Origin: Rivularia sp. (in: cyanobacteria)
GTDB taxonomy: Bacteria > Cyanobacteriota > Cyanobacteriia > Cyanobacteriales > Nostocaceae
Reading direction: 5' to 3'
Length of the DNA: 32,000 nucleotides
NCBI GenBank assembly: GCA_965226665.1
Contig: OZ245371.1
Coordinates: forward strand, 546,193-578,192
Below the pieces are notes generated by a model that worked only from the letters and a program-made list of their open reading frames with translations, ran no database searches and had not been told where the DNA came from. This document shows, one piece after another, positions 8,953 through 18,567 of this stretch; the first letter of the stretch is position 1; every line of letters begins with the position of its first letter. A program made the position numbers and the translations under genes.

Positions 8953-9185
8953 GGTATTTGCGCGGATGGTAAGGTGTTGAAAAATCACTTGAAAAAATAA
9001 TCGCTGAATCCCATATTAGATAAGGTTTTGAAGCATTATTTTACCTACAACCATCCGCGCACCTTACCTGGACTGAGTTTCAGCGATTTTGCCCCTTCTC
9101 TATTTCCTTTCCCCATGCTATTATTAGGTCATCCGCGCAACCGAACCTTGAAAACCATATATTTAAAGGCTTTCAGATGCCCGCT
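8953..9185 (+). promoter_or_regulatory. CRISPR leader region
   Basis: This non-coding stretch lies directly upstream of the first perfect repeat, while the degenerate repeat is at the far end of the array. It is AT-rich near the array (ttgaaaaccatatatttaaagg) and contains three copies of a GC-rich 10-mer (see findings). The promoter was not pinpointed. Confidence 0.55.
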
Positions 9186-12100
9186 GTTGAAATTACCTCT
9201 AATCCCTCTTAGGGATTGAAACAAATAATTCCCAAACATTGCCACCGCCCTGAACGTTGAAATTACCTCTAATCCCTCTTAGGGATTGAAACGAGAATTT
9301 ACCCATTTCTCGACATCTCGTTCAAGAGTTGAAATTACCTCTAATCCCTCTTAGGGATTGAAACTACATCAAAATTCTTGAATATTTTGGCTTGTTTCGT
9401 TGAAATTACCTCTAATCCCTCTTAGGGATTGAAACTCTTCTTCATCTTCATTAACTCCCTCAAATCTCTGGTTGAAATTACCTCTAATCCCTCTTAGGGA
9501 TTGAAACTATCGCTGATGAAGCATGAATTCCAGCTATTGATTGTTGAAATTACCTCTAATCCCTCTTAGGGATTGAAACTGATCGAATATTCTTTGAATA
9601 TTTCTTGGATATTGTTGAAATTACCTCTAATCCCTCTTAGGGATTGAAACCCCATATGAGATAAATTAAGGTATTACTATAAAAGAGTTGAAATTACCTC
9701 TAATCCCTCTTAGGGATTGAAACTTACCACGACCGGGGCATATAGGAAGATTCGTAGTTGAAATTACCTCTAATCCCTCTTAGGGATTGAAACCTACTGC
9801 TTATTTGGCGGTACAGATTTTATCTATTGTTGAAATTACCTCTAATCCCTCTTAGGGATTGAAACGACGACAAGCTAACAAATATTTTCTAAATTTTTGG
9901 TTGAAATTACCTCTAATCCCTCTTAGGGATTGAAACATCTATAATACTCGCATCTACTGAACTTTGAGATGTTGAAATTACCTCTAATCCCTCTTAGGGA
10001 TTGAAACACGAAATATTTGAGGCAAAGAATGATTTAGCAAAGCTACCACGGTTGAAATTACCTCTAATCCCTCTTAGGGATTGAAACATAAATCGCTAGG
10101 CTGCTTGCTGCCGCGTTGATAGTTGAAATTACCTCTAATCCCTCTTAGGGATTGAAACTTGGATCTTTCTTGCCCAAAAGAGAAGAACTGGAAGTTGAAA
10201 TTACCTCTAATCCCTCTTAGGGATTGAAACCCAACACTGAAGCAGATGCAAGCTTGCCATTCCGAGTTGAAATTACCTCTAATCCCTCTTAGGGATTGAA
10301 ACAAAAAATTGCTCCCAACCGTGCAACCCAAAACCGACGTTGAAATTACCTCTAATCCCTCTTAGGGATTGAAACGATCCAAAAGCAAACGTAACGCCTT
10401 CTAAGTCGGGTTGAAATTACCTCTAATCCCTCTTAGGGATTGAAACAGCATAGTTTCTTGGTACTTTAGTAAACTGATTTGTTGAAATTACCTCTAATCC
10501 CTCTTAGGGATTGAAACCATAACATCCGAATATAGCCTATTGCCTACGTCAGTTGAAATTACCTCTAATCCCTCTTAGGGATTGAAACAACAATAGCTTC
10601 AAATACATTTATAAAACCGCTACGTTGAAATTACCTCTAATCCCTCTTAGGGATTGAAACTAAATATCCAAATTTCTGACCAGTACAATCTGGCTGTTGA
10701 AATTACCTCTAATCCCTCTTAGGGATTGAAACTTGTATGACTTGCAGCAAGGGACTTAGTACTTCTGATGTTGAAATTACCTCTAATCCCTCTTAGGGAT
10801 TGAAACAAGTCCGCTTTTGATAAAACATCAAGCAACTTCGTTGAAATTACCTCTAATCCCTCTTAGGGATTGAAACACGACACACACCACAACAAAGCAG
10901 GAGTTTTAAAAGTGTTGAAATTACCTCTAATCCCTCTTAGGGATTGAAACGCGTGAATATTTACCTTTATCCCTATGCTTAGCTATGTTGAAATTACCTC
11001 TAATCCCTCTTAGGGATTGAAACTCACAACCGTGAGCGCTGCCATTAAAAGCGTTAAAGTTGAAATTACCTCTAATCCCTCTTAGGGATTGAAACCTAAA
11101 ATAGCTATATCGGCATCAAAAGCGAGTAGCGTTGAAATTACCTCTAATCCCTCTTAGGGATTGAAACGTGAAACTTACGCAATTAGCTCATCTGGTAGAA
11201 AAGTTGAAATTACCTCTAATCCCTCTTAGGGATTGAAACTTTTTTTTACAAATTGAAACCGCCTACTCGATTGGTTGAAATTACCTCTAATCCCTCTTAG
11301 GGATTGAAACATCATCCAGAAATGAATTTAAGGCCACCCCCAACGTTGAAATTACCTCTAATCCCTCTTAGGGATTGAAACTTCACTTAGCTCAGTTAGA
11401 GGATTAATTTGCTCAGTTGAAATTACCTCTAATCCCTCTTAGGGATTGAAACAAACTGCGATGCTCGCAAAAAGCACTACATAAAAGTTGAAATTACCTC
11501 TAATCCCTCTTAGGGATTGAAACGCGTTCGCGGGGCAACTTATAATATTCCAGACCTGTTGAAATTACCTCTAATCCCTCTTAGGGATTGAAACTTTGCA
11601 ATTTGAGCATCAGTTGGTAAATCTCGCGGGCTGTTGAAATTACCTCTAATCCCTCTTAGGGATTGAAACTCGGAACCTAAATCGAATCCCGACCCATCTA
11701 AATTGTTGAAATTACCTCTAATCCCTCTTAGGGATTGAAACCGTACACGTAACCCCAGAAAGTTACAGGAAATTTGTTGAAATTACCTCTAATCCCTCTT
11801 AGGGATTGAAACTTGGCTCTCCCAAATAAATTGAGCGTACTGGTTAAGTTGAAATTACCTCTAATCCCTCTTAGGGATTGAAACCAAATCAGCTTATAAG
11901 GGATTTGCAGCTGATAAAGTTGAAATTACCTCTAATCCCTCTTAGGGATTGAAACATGAATTGACGTTTGACGCTGCTACCGACAATCCATTATATAGTT
12001 GAAATTACCTCTAATCCCTCTTAGGGATTGAAACGATACTCTATCGCAGCAAAGAATAGAGTTAGTCAGTTGAAATTACCTCTAATCCCTCTTAGGGATT

Positions 12101-13973
12101 GAAACCAAAAAAAACACCTTCTAATTAGAAGGTGTATAAGTTGAAATTACCTCTAATCCCTCTTAGGGATTGAAACAAAAACCAGCCACACAAGTAAAGT
12201 GATTTAGCCAGTTGAAATTACCTCTAATCCCTCTTAGGGATTGAAACATACACGGGAGAATAATCCGACTTTTGGTAAAGAGTTGAAATTACCTCTAATC
12301 CCTCTTAGGGATTGAAACATTACAACAACAACATATAAGAATTGTAGACAATCAGCTTTGTTGAAATTACCTCTAATCCCTCTTAGGGATTGAAACTATC
12401 ATAGAGGCAATTACTCTACTACATCTTCCGCTGTTGAAATTACCTCTAATCCCTCTTAGGGATTGAAACATTTAGTAACTCCTGAGTGGTGGCAAGTACG
12501 AGAGTTGAAATTACCTCTAATCCCTCTTAGGGATTGAAACTTTTATCAAGATTGACAATAAACAATGTACCTTGTTGAAATTACCTCTAATCCCTCTTAG
12601 GGATTGAAACTAAAACTTTCAAAAGCTGGTGGTGCTGATGCAAGGTTGAAATTACCTCTAATCCCTCTTAGGGATTGAAACATAAATAACAATATAACAA
12701 AAATGCAGGCAGATATGTTGAAATTACCTCTAATCCCTCTTAGGGATTGAAACGGTAAAGCTAAAAGACTTTTAAAGCACGCTAAGAAGTTGAAATTACC
12801 TCTAATCCCTCTTAGGGATTGAAACCACACCCGCATCCGCACACACGCGCACAAACGAAGTTGAAATTACCTCTAATCCCTCTTAGGGATTGAAACTAAA
12901 TGCTATTTGTGCTATTAAAAATTGTGCAATTGTTGAAATTACCTCTAATCCCTCTTAGGGATTGAAACAAGAAATAAAGGATAACCATAAGAATCCGTAG
13001 CTTTTGTTGAAATTACCTCTAATCCCTCTTAGGGATTGAAACTCGCGCCGGGAAAAAGCCATTCAGATATTCCCTGTGTTGAAATTACCTCTAATCCCTC
13101 TTAGGGATTGAAACTTGCTTTCGCAGTATGACAAGGTTGCTGCTTGGGGTTGAAATTACCTCTAATCCCTCTTAGGGATTGAAACCCAGAAGATAAGTTA
13201 CCCATCGAGGTATTAGAGGAGTTGAAATTATCTCTAATCCCTCTTAGGGATTGAAACATAGCAGCGAATTACAATGATGTGACCAAAAGAAGGTTGAAAT
13301 TACCTCTAATCCCTCTTAGGGATTGAAACTTAGGACATAAACCTGTAAAATTTTTTCTTGACTGTTGAAATTACCTCTAATCCCTCTTAGGGATTGAAAC
13401 TTTGACAAGATACTTTCAATCGGTAAAGGATTCTGTTGAAATTACCTCTAATCCCTCTTAGGGATTGAAACATTTGTGGGGGGAATACGAAGTAAAAGTA
13501 AGCAAGTGTTGAAATTACCTCTAATCCCTCTTAGGGATTGAAACATTGCGCTTCAGATGATTGAATATTCAGGCAATAGTTGAAATTACCTCTAATCCCT
13601 CTTAGGGATTGAAACCTAACCCTAAAGCAACAGCAAGGAAAAAATAATGCGTTGAAATTACCTCTAATCCCTCTTAGGGATTGAAACCTAAATTAGACAC
13701 CTTTCTTATTTGCTTATTCAAGTTGAAATTACCTCTAATCCCTCTTAGGGATTGAAACCTTCAGCCTCTAATCTTTCGCCTTTAATCTTGAACGTTGAAA
13801 TTACCTCTAATCCCTCTTAGGGATTGAAACCTGACGATAGAGGGCGATCGGTTTCTCCTCTCCATGTTGAAATTACCTCTAATCCCTCTTAGGGATTGAA
13901 ACGGAAGAATTGGTGGTTAAGAAGTGATTATTTACGTTGAAATCGCCTCTAATCTCTATTAAGGATTAGAAAG
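9186..13973 (+). CRISPR. CRISPR array of 67 repeats and 66 spacers; 37-nt repeat GTTGAAATTACCTCTAATCCCTCTTAGGGATTGAAAC
   Basis: I counted by walking through the sequence. The first repeat is 9186-9222 and the last canonical repeat is 13866-13902. The degenerate terminal copy is 13936-13973 (GTTGAAATCGCCTCTAATCTCTATTAAGGATTAGAAAG). Spacers are 33-43 nt, mostly 34-35, and I noticed no identical pair. The repeat has a 7-bp stem, AATCCCT/AGGGATT, and ends in ATTGAAAC, the 8-nt 5'-tag typical of Cas6-processed type I/III crRNAs. That feature and the distal degenerate repeat set the + orientation. Confidence 0.98.
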
Positions 13974-14280
13974 TAAACATTTATCATCGAAAATAAAATC
14001 TATCTTAAGTACAGTAACCAAACTATAACTTCTGTTAGAGGGATGATTAGATCATTTATAGGTAATCTTGATTTGTATTCAGTACAACTAATCTTGCTTT
14101 GAAATAGATTGGATTTTAATACTATTCGGTTAAGACTAGAGTTTAGAAGCGTATTTAAACAAGCAGTATTAAGCTGGTTTTTAAATAAATTTCTAAAGCA
14201 AATTGCCCACCTGTATTTGAAGTGAGCCTATAGATGTGCTGAATCAGTTAAAACTATTGGAAATGAGCTAACAAAATTTT

Positions 14281-14646
14281 GTGATGAAAAATATAATTAA
14301 GAACGCGATCGCTAATATCAGTTTTGCATTTAAACAGCTTCAGGTTAAAAGTTTTTTGGCTGTTGTTTTAGCTGGGTTTTTAGTGCTAAATACAAGTTTT
14401 GCTCTCTCGGATAGGAGTGAAGCTGTTACTAATAAAATTGATAATTTAGTAAATCAAAACGATTCCGATAGACCTAAAACTGTAGGAGAATGGAATAAGG
14501 AAGCTCGTAAAACAGAAGATGCTCCCCTTCAAAGAGTTAAGAGAATTGGTAAAGAATCTGCTGAAGCTGTAAAAGATTTAGGTGAGATGTATGGAGATAC
14601 TGCTGAAAGAAGTACTCCCGATTTAGATAACAATATGATGAAATGA
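14281..14646 (+). CDS. Small secreted or membrane-anchored hypothetical protein (121 aa)
   Basis: It has an N-terminal hydrophobic segment (FLAVVLAGFLVLNTSFA) followed by a charged tail (DRPKTVGEWNKEARKTEDAPLQRVKRIGKESAEAVKDLGEMYGDTAERS). A terminator hairpin follows. The start is GTG 14281 or ATG 14284. Confidence 0.55.
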   Translation: MMKNIIKNAIANISFAFKQLQVKSFLAVVLAGFLVLNTSFALSDRSEAVTNKIDNLVNQNDSDRPKTVGEWNKEARKTEDAPLQRVKRIGKESAEAVKDLGEMYGDTAERSTPDLDNNMMK

Positions 14647-14685
14647 TTGATTGATATAGCATTATTAAATCGTTAGCGAGCAGAA

Positions 14686-14714
14686 GCCCGGTTTTTGAAA
14701 AAGCCGGGTTTTTC
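14686..14714 (+). terminator. Rho-independent terminator-like hairpin (also a copy of the ccggg-type dispersed repeat)
   Basis: gcccggttttt-gaa-aaaagccggg is followed by tttttc, 40 nt after the stop at 14646. Confidence 0.55.
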
Positions 14715-15213
14715 AACATAGATAAATATTTCATTCTGGTTAAAATTACTGTCGCTGAGGTTATAGAATTTTCAAGCAGAACATTTAACCGGGTTGGAAT
14801 TTATATCGCTAGTGCAAAAATCTCTCTGTTTCTTTTTCATGCTTTTAATATGACGAATTACAACTGCAAAAGCATTTATTCCTTGAAGCATTAATAATAT
14901 TATCCATAGAAATGCTTTAATGATGCTAAAAGCTGTAGGGCTAAGAACTGAGCCTATATAATTGGACAATTATTAACATAGTTGGACATATAATTTGATA
15001 TTAGACTATAATGTCCAACATGAACAAAGTAAATAATTAGTACTTGAGTACTTTTTTGTTCAGTAAAATCATCTAAATATGGTATATTGTATAGAAGCAG
15101 AATTCGTTTGCAATGTGGAATAAGATGTGGAATAAGATAAGGTTGTAATGCTGCTAGGGTTTAAAACAGAATTGATCGTTAATATTACACAAAAAATTCT
15201 GTTAGCTAAATAT

Positions 15214-16665
15214 CCCTCTTCTGTCACTTTCCGGATATAATAATTAAGTTATTCTAAATGTAAACCTCTAAAAGGCAGGTGTGGCAATGGATGTAGAATT
15301 AAAGATTCTCAAACATTTGCCGAGGGACGCTCATCCAACAGTCTCAATCATAGATGAATATTGTGCCTCATATATAGACCAATTCAAAGAAGTAAGAAAC
15401 TATGAATGTTTCAAATACTTACACTTAGGAATAATTTCATCTATCAAGAGAAAATCATTGCCAGAAATTGCTTCTGTAGTTGGTTTAAATTCAGCACAGT
15501 CATTGCATCATTTTATAGCAAACTCTCCGTGGTCGGTAAAGGAATTGAAGGAACGAAGATTAAATAAAGTTAAAAAGATATTGGGAGAAAAAACAATTAC
15601 TGTAGTAATAGATGAAACCGGAGATAGAAAAAAAGGTAAAAAAACTGATTATGTAGCAAGACAGTATTTGGGGAGTGTAGGAAAAGTCGATAATGGAATA
15701 GTTTCGGTCAATGCGTATGGAGTATATGACAATATAACTTTTCCATTAATGTTCAAAGTATTCAAACCAAAAGGAACGCTAAAGGAAGAAGATAAATATA
15801 AGACAAAAATAACTTTAGCCTCAGAAATTATTACAGAATTGATAGATTTTGGATTTAAAATTGAACTTGTATTGGCAGATAGTTTATATGGTGAAAGCAG
15901 TGAGTTTATCAATAAATTAAATAAGTATGAATTACCATATGTTGTAGCAATTAGAAGTAATCACGCAGTGTGGTTGCCCTCTGACCAGAAGGTTAGAGCA
16001 AACAAATGGTGTAAATTTGAGAGAAAATTTAGCAACCAAAAATCCGAAACCAGATACATTAGAGAAATAATTTATGGTAAAAAAAGAGCCGTAACTTATT
16101 GGGAACTGACTACTGACCCCAGAAACTATGCCCTCCAATTCGACTTCTTTTGTAATGACAAATATACAAGGTAAACTCAAGAAAATTTTGGGGGATTTAT
16201 ATGGGTTGAGAACATGGGTAGAATATGGTTTTCGCCAGTGTAAACAAGAATTGGGTTGGACAGATTATCGTTTTACTAAGTTCAAGGATATTGAAAAGTG
16301 GTGGGAAATAATTTTTTGTGTTTATACAATGATTAGTTTGAATTCTCAAGCTTTTATCTCTTTAAATCAATCTCATCAAATTCAAACTGAAATTAAGGAT
16401 AAGAAGACTGTTGATTTTCCGAATCATAAACAATGGAATCATCAAGGTGGATGGAAGAATACCTTAAATAATCTTCGCTTAATTGCTCAACCAATATTTA
16501 TATTTTGGTTAATTTATCCCTGGCTAGAAATTTTCCCTAATTCTAAATTATTACTTGGATTTAATCATTTAATTGCTGTAATGAATCAGTTCAAATCCTT
16601 TTACTCATCTGGGTAATTACGCTCCCGGTTAGTATTCTCTTTCTCCGGAGAGTGACAGAAGAGGG
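15214..16665 (+). mobile_element. IS701-family insertion sequence (1452 bp) nested inside tnpB
   Basis: Terminal inverted repeats are ccctcttctgtcactttccgga (15214-15235) and tccggagagtgacagaagaggg (16644-16665), matching at 21 of 22 positions. The flanking 4-bp duplication is ATAT (15210-15213 and 16666-16669). Excising the IS plus one ATAT restores the tnpB frame. The size and 4-bp duplication fit IS701. Confidence 0.85.
15281..16616 (+). pseudogene. IS701-family DDE transposase, frameshifted near 16118-16130
   Basis: Track ORFs 15281..16174 and 16128..16616 are two halves of one transposase. Motifs are SLHHFIANSPW, VVIDETGDRKKG, VARQYLGSVGKVDNG, VLADSLYG and then LYGLRTWVEYGFRQCKQELGW. 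The join TTDP|(E)TMPSNSTSFVMTN needs one nucleotide (about A16121) removed. Confidence 0.8.
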
Positions 16666-17769
16666 ATATGCAGGAGTAGCAAGACACGCTTGGAATTGGG
16701 GATTACGGTTAACAAAAAATATTTTAGATAACAATCAAGATAACCCAGAAGAGAAAATAAAATTTCCGACATCTATTGACTTACATAAATGGTTAGTAGC
16801 TCTAGTAAAACCAGAATATCCTTGGTATTACGAAGTATCAAAATGTGCGCCTCAATATGCTTTAAGACATTTGAGGAAAGCCTGGGATGATTGTTTCAAA
16901 AAATTGAAGAAAGCACCCCGTTTCAGGAAAAAAGGAAGGAATGATAGCTTTACTTTAGATGGCTCTATAAAATTAGAAAGAAATCGGATAAAAGTACCAA
17001 GAATTGGTTGGCTAAGAACTTATGAGAGATTACCCCAAGCAATTAATCCTAAATCTGTAACTGTTAGTCAAAAAGCAGGTAGATGGTTTATTAGTTTTAA
17101 GCTAGAAGTTAAACCCAAAAATATAAAACAAAAAAATCATCCAATCGCAGTAGACTTAGGTTTACTAAGATTTGCAACTCTATCAACTGGAGAAGCAATT
17201 GATTCACCAAGACCCCTACAAAAAGTTAGAGAGAAAATTACAATTATTACAATGGCGCAATCGTCATAAAGTAATTGGTTCATCTAATTGGAAAAAAGTC
17301 CAACAAAAAATAGCCAAGCTACATTATCGTATTAGTTGTATTCGTGACGATTTTATTCATAAGTTAACGACGAATTTAGCTAAGAACCACAGAAAAATCG
17401 TCATTGAAAATTTGAATGTTTCGGGATTAATGAAAAACGGTAAATTGTCAAAAGCTATTGGAGATTCGGGGTTTTATGAATTTAGGCGACAGCTAACTTA
17501 TAAAACCGAACTATATGATAGTAAATTAATTATTGCTGACCGTTTTTTTCCAAGTTCTAAACTGTGTCCGTCTTGTGGATATAAAAAAGATAAACTGCCA
17601 TTATCTGTAAGAGTTTATCAATGTGATAATCATAATTGTGATTGGGTAGCTGATAGAGATTACTCAGCTAGTTTGAATTTATTAGGGTTAGCTGAACCCG
17701 AATTTATGCCTGTGGAGGAGCAAGAGCCGACTCTCTTCGATGAAGCAGGAACTAAAAAGCAGGCAATGT

Positions 17770-18558
17770 CTAACATTGTCTAACTTTTAGAAAGCGGCGA
17801 GTTAATCCTTCGTGAATCGCAATCCGGGCTTCATCTAAGAAACCGTCATATTCTTGTGGCTTGAGTGAATGATGAAAAACTGAGACTTCAAGCCCATGCA
17901 CTCCGCTTACCATGTATTTCCCCATTCGGATGCGCTCTAATTGGGCTACTTCAAGGTGATATAAGTCGTGATAGTGGATGCAAACACCTCTGACTTGAAT
18001 ATGCTCGTTACCAATTTTGATGGGAATTATGCTAATACAACCCAAAGTTTTCTTTAATTGAGTAATTTGAGAACTTTGATTAGTTATATCTATAATACTT
18101 TTAAGCAACGCTACCCAAAATTTCTGGTATTGAGACAACCGCAATTTTATACTTTCTGTTTGTAAAGCAGCACTGTTATTGATTTTAGAAACTGGCTTTA
18201 CTTTGAGATTTTGCTGTTGGTTAATACCGTTAACCGATTTGAATACTTCATCCCAAAAGCTAAATAGATAGTAAGGAATTTCAAAGTTTTTTTTGGGTTG
18301 TAACTTTAAACAAGCTTGCAAACGTTGCTGTAAACTTTGTTGATGTTTGGATAAAGCGTCTGGTGAAAAATACTGACGACGTTTGTAAATTACAAATGCA
18401 CGCAGCAACAACCATTTCATCCGCAATGAGAAAAGGCTATTTTCAGCAATATTTGATGAGTCAATATTCCACAATGCTTTGTCTAAGGCTATTTGCTGAC
18501 GCTTGGAAAGCTTAGGTTTTGTATCCATTTTTTTGTAGTACTTTTTGTAATACGCCAC
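17770..18558 (-). CDS. Hypothetical protein (262 aa from GTG 18558; 252 aa from ATG 18528)
   Basis: A long ORF with no motif I recognise. Its last 14 nt overlap the tnpB stop region on the opposite strand. Confidence 0.5.
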   Translation of the reverse strand: MAYYKKYYKKMDTKPKLSKRQQIALDKALWNIDSSNIAENSLFSLRMKWLLLRAFVIYKRRQYFSPDALSKHQQSLQQRLQACLKLQPKKNFEIPYYLFSFWDEVFKSVNGINQQQNLKVKPVSKINNSAALQTESIKLRLSQYQKFWVALLKSIIDITNQSSQITQLKKTLGCISIIPIKIGNEHIQVRGVCIHYHDLYHLEVAQLERIRMGKYMVSGVHGLEVSVFHHSLKPQEYDGFLDEARIAIHEGLTRRFLKVRQC

Positions 18559-18567
18559 TGGAAAAAG

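Larger units (their letters stand above)
14961..17783 (+). mobile_element. Second IS200/IS605-family tnpB-only element, disrupted by a nested IS
   Basis: A left-end-like hairpin, gttggacat(ata)...(tata)atgtccaac at 14981-15019, lies upstream of the tnpB start at 15148. The right end was not identified. It probably lies shortly after 17783. Confidence 0.45.
15148..17783 (+). pseudogene. tnpB: TnpB (OrfB) nuclease gene split by an IS701-like insertion and additionally frameshifted
   Basis: 15148-15213 encodes MLLGFKTELIVNITQKILLAKY. After removing 15214-16669 it joins in frame to AGVARHAWNWGLRL... (track ORF 16652..17269). A frameshift in the A-run 17220-17224 links it to track ORF 17172..17783. 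RuvC motifs are IAVDLGL, VIENLNVSGL and DRDYSAS. Zinc finger is CPSCG...CDNHNC. Confidence 0.85.

Noticed and set aside
8988-9034. Possible fossil CRISPR repeat in the leader (cttgaaaaaataatcgctgaatcccatattagataaggttttgaagc shares TTGAAA..AATCCC..TTAG..GG..TTGAA with the repeat).
   Set aside because: The match needs several indels and only about half the positions agree. I cannot distinguish it from chance in AT-rich sequence without statistics.
9028-9219. 63-aa ORF spanning the CRISPR leader into the first repeat.
   Set aside because: It ends inside repeat 1, has no ribosome-binding context and has a proline/leucine-rich composition. The leader is more plausibly non-coding.
10074-12854. Track ORFs 10074..10331 and 12597..12854 (minus strand) with the recurring peptide FQSLRGIRGNFN.
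   Set aside because: They are translations of the CRISPR repeat read through spacers that happen to lack stops. The periodic identical peptide is the repeat itself, not a protein.
11240-13793. Spacer 29 (11240-11273) contains AATTGAAAC and spacer 64 (13759-13793) contains CCTCTAATC, both matching parts of the repeat.
   Set aside because: 8-9 nt matches between about 2.3 kb of spacers and a 37-nt repeat are expected by chance at roughly this rate. There is no sign of repeat-derived mis-integration.
14772-14969. 65-aa minus-strand ORF (hydrophobic) between the small secreted protein gene and the tnpB left end.
   Set aside because: It needs a TTG start, has no visible Shine-Dalgarno sequence and abuts the IS left-end hairpin. 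It could be a real small membrane protein but I cannot support it.
16078-16175. Programmed ribosomal frameshift in the IS701-like transposase.
   Set aside because: The required shift is +1, not the -1 used by IS3/IS1-type elements. No slippery heptamer lies in the 16128-16174 overlap. IS701-family transposases are normally one ORF. A mutation or sequencing insertion is more likely.
4703-17783. The idea that the two tnpB genes and the array form a CRISPR-associated transposon (type V-K-like), or a composite transposon carrying the array.
   Set aside because: - No cas12k, tnsB, tnsC or tniQ-like ORFs exist in the window.
- The array is long and its repeat is a Cas6-type hairpin repeat, not a V-K repeat.
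- The two TnpB proteins are dissimilar, about 380 aa each, and both are broken.
- Biosynthetic genes lie between copy 1 and the array.
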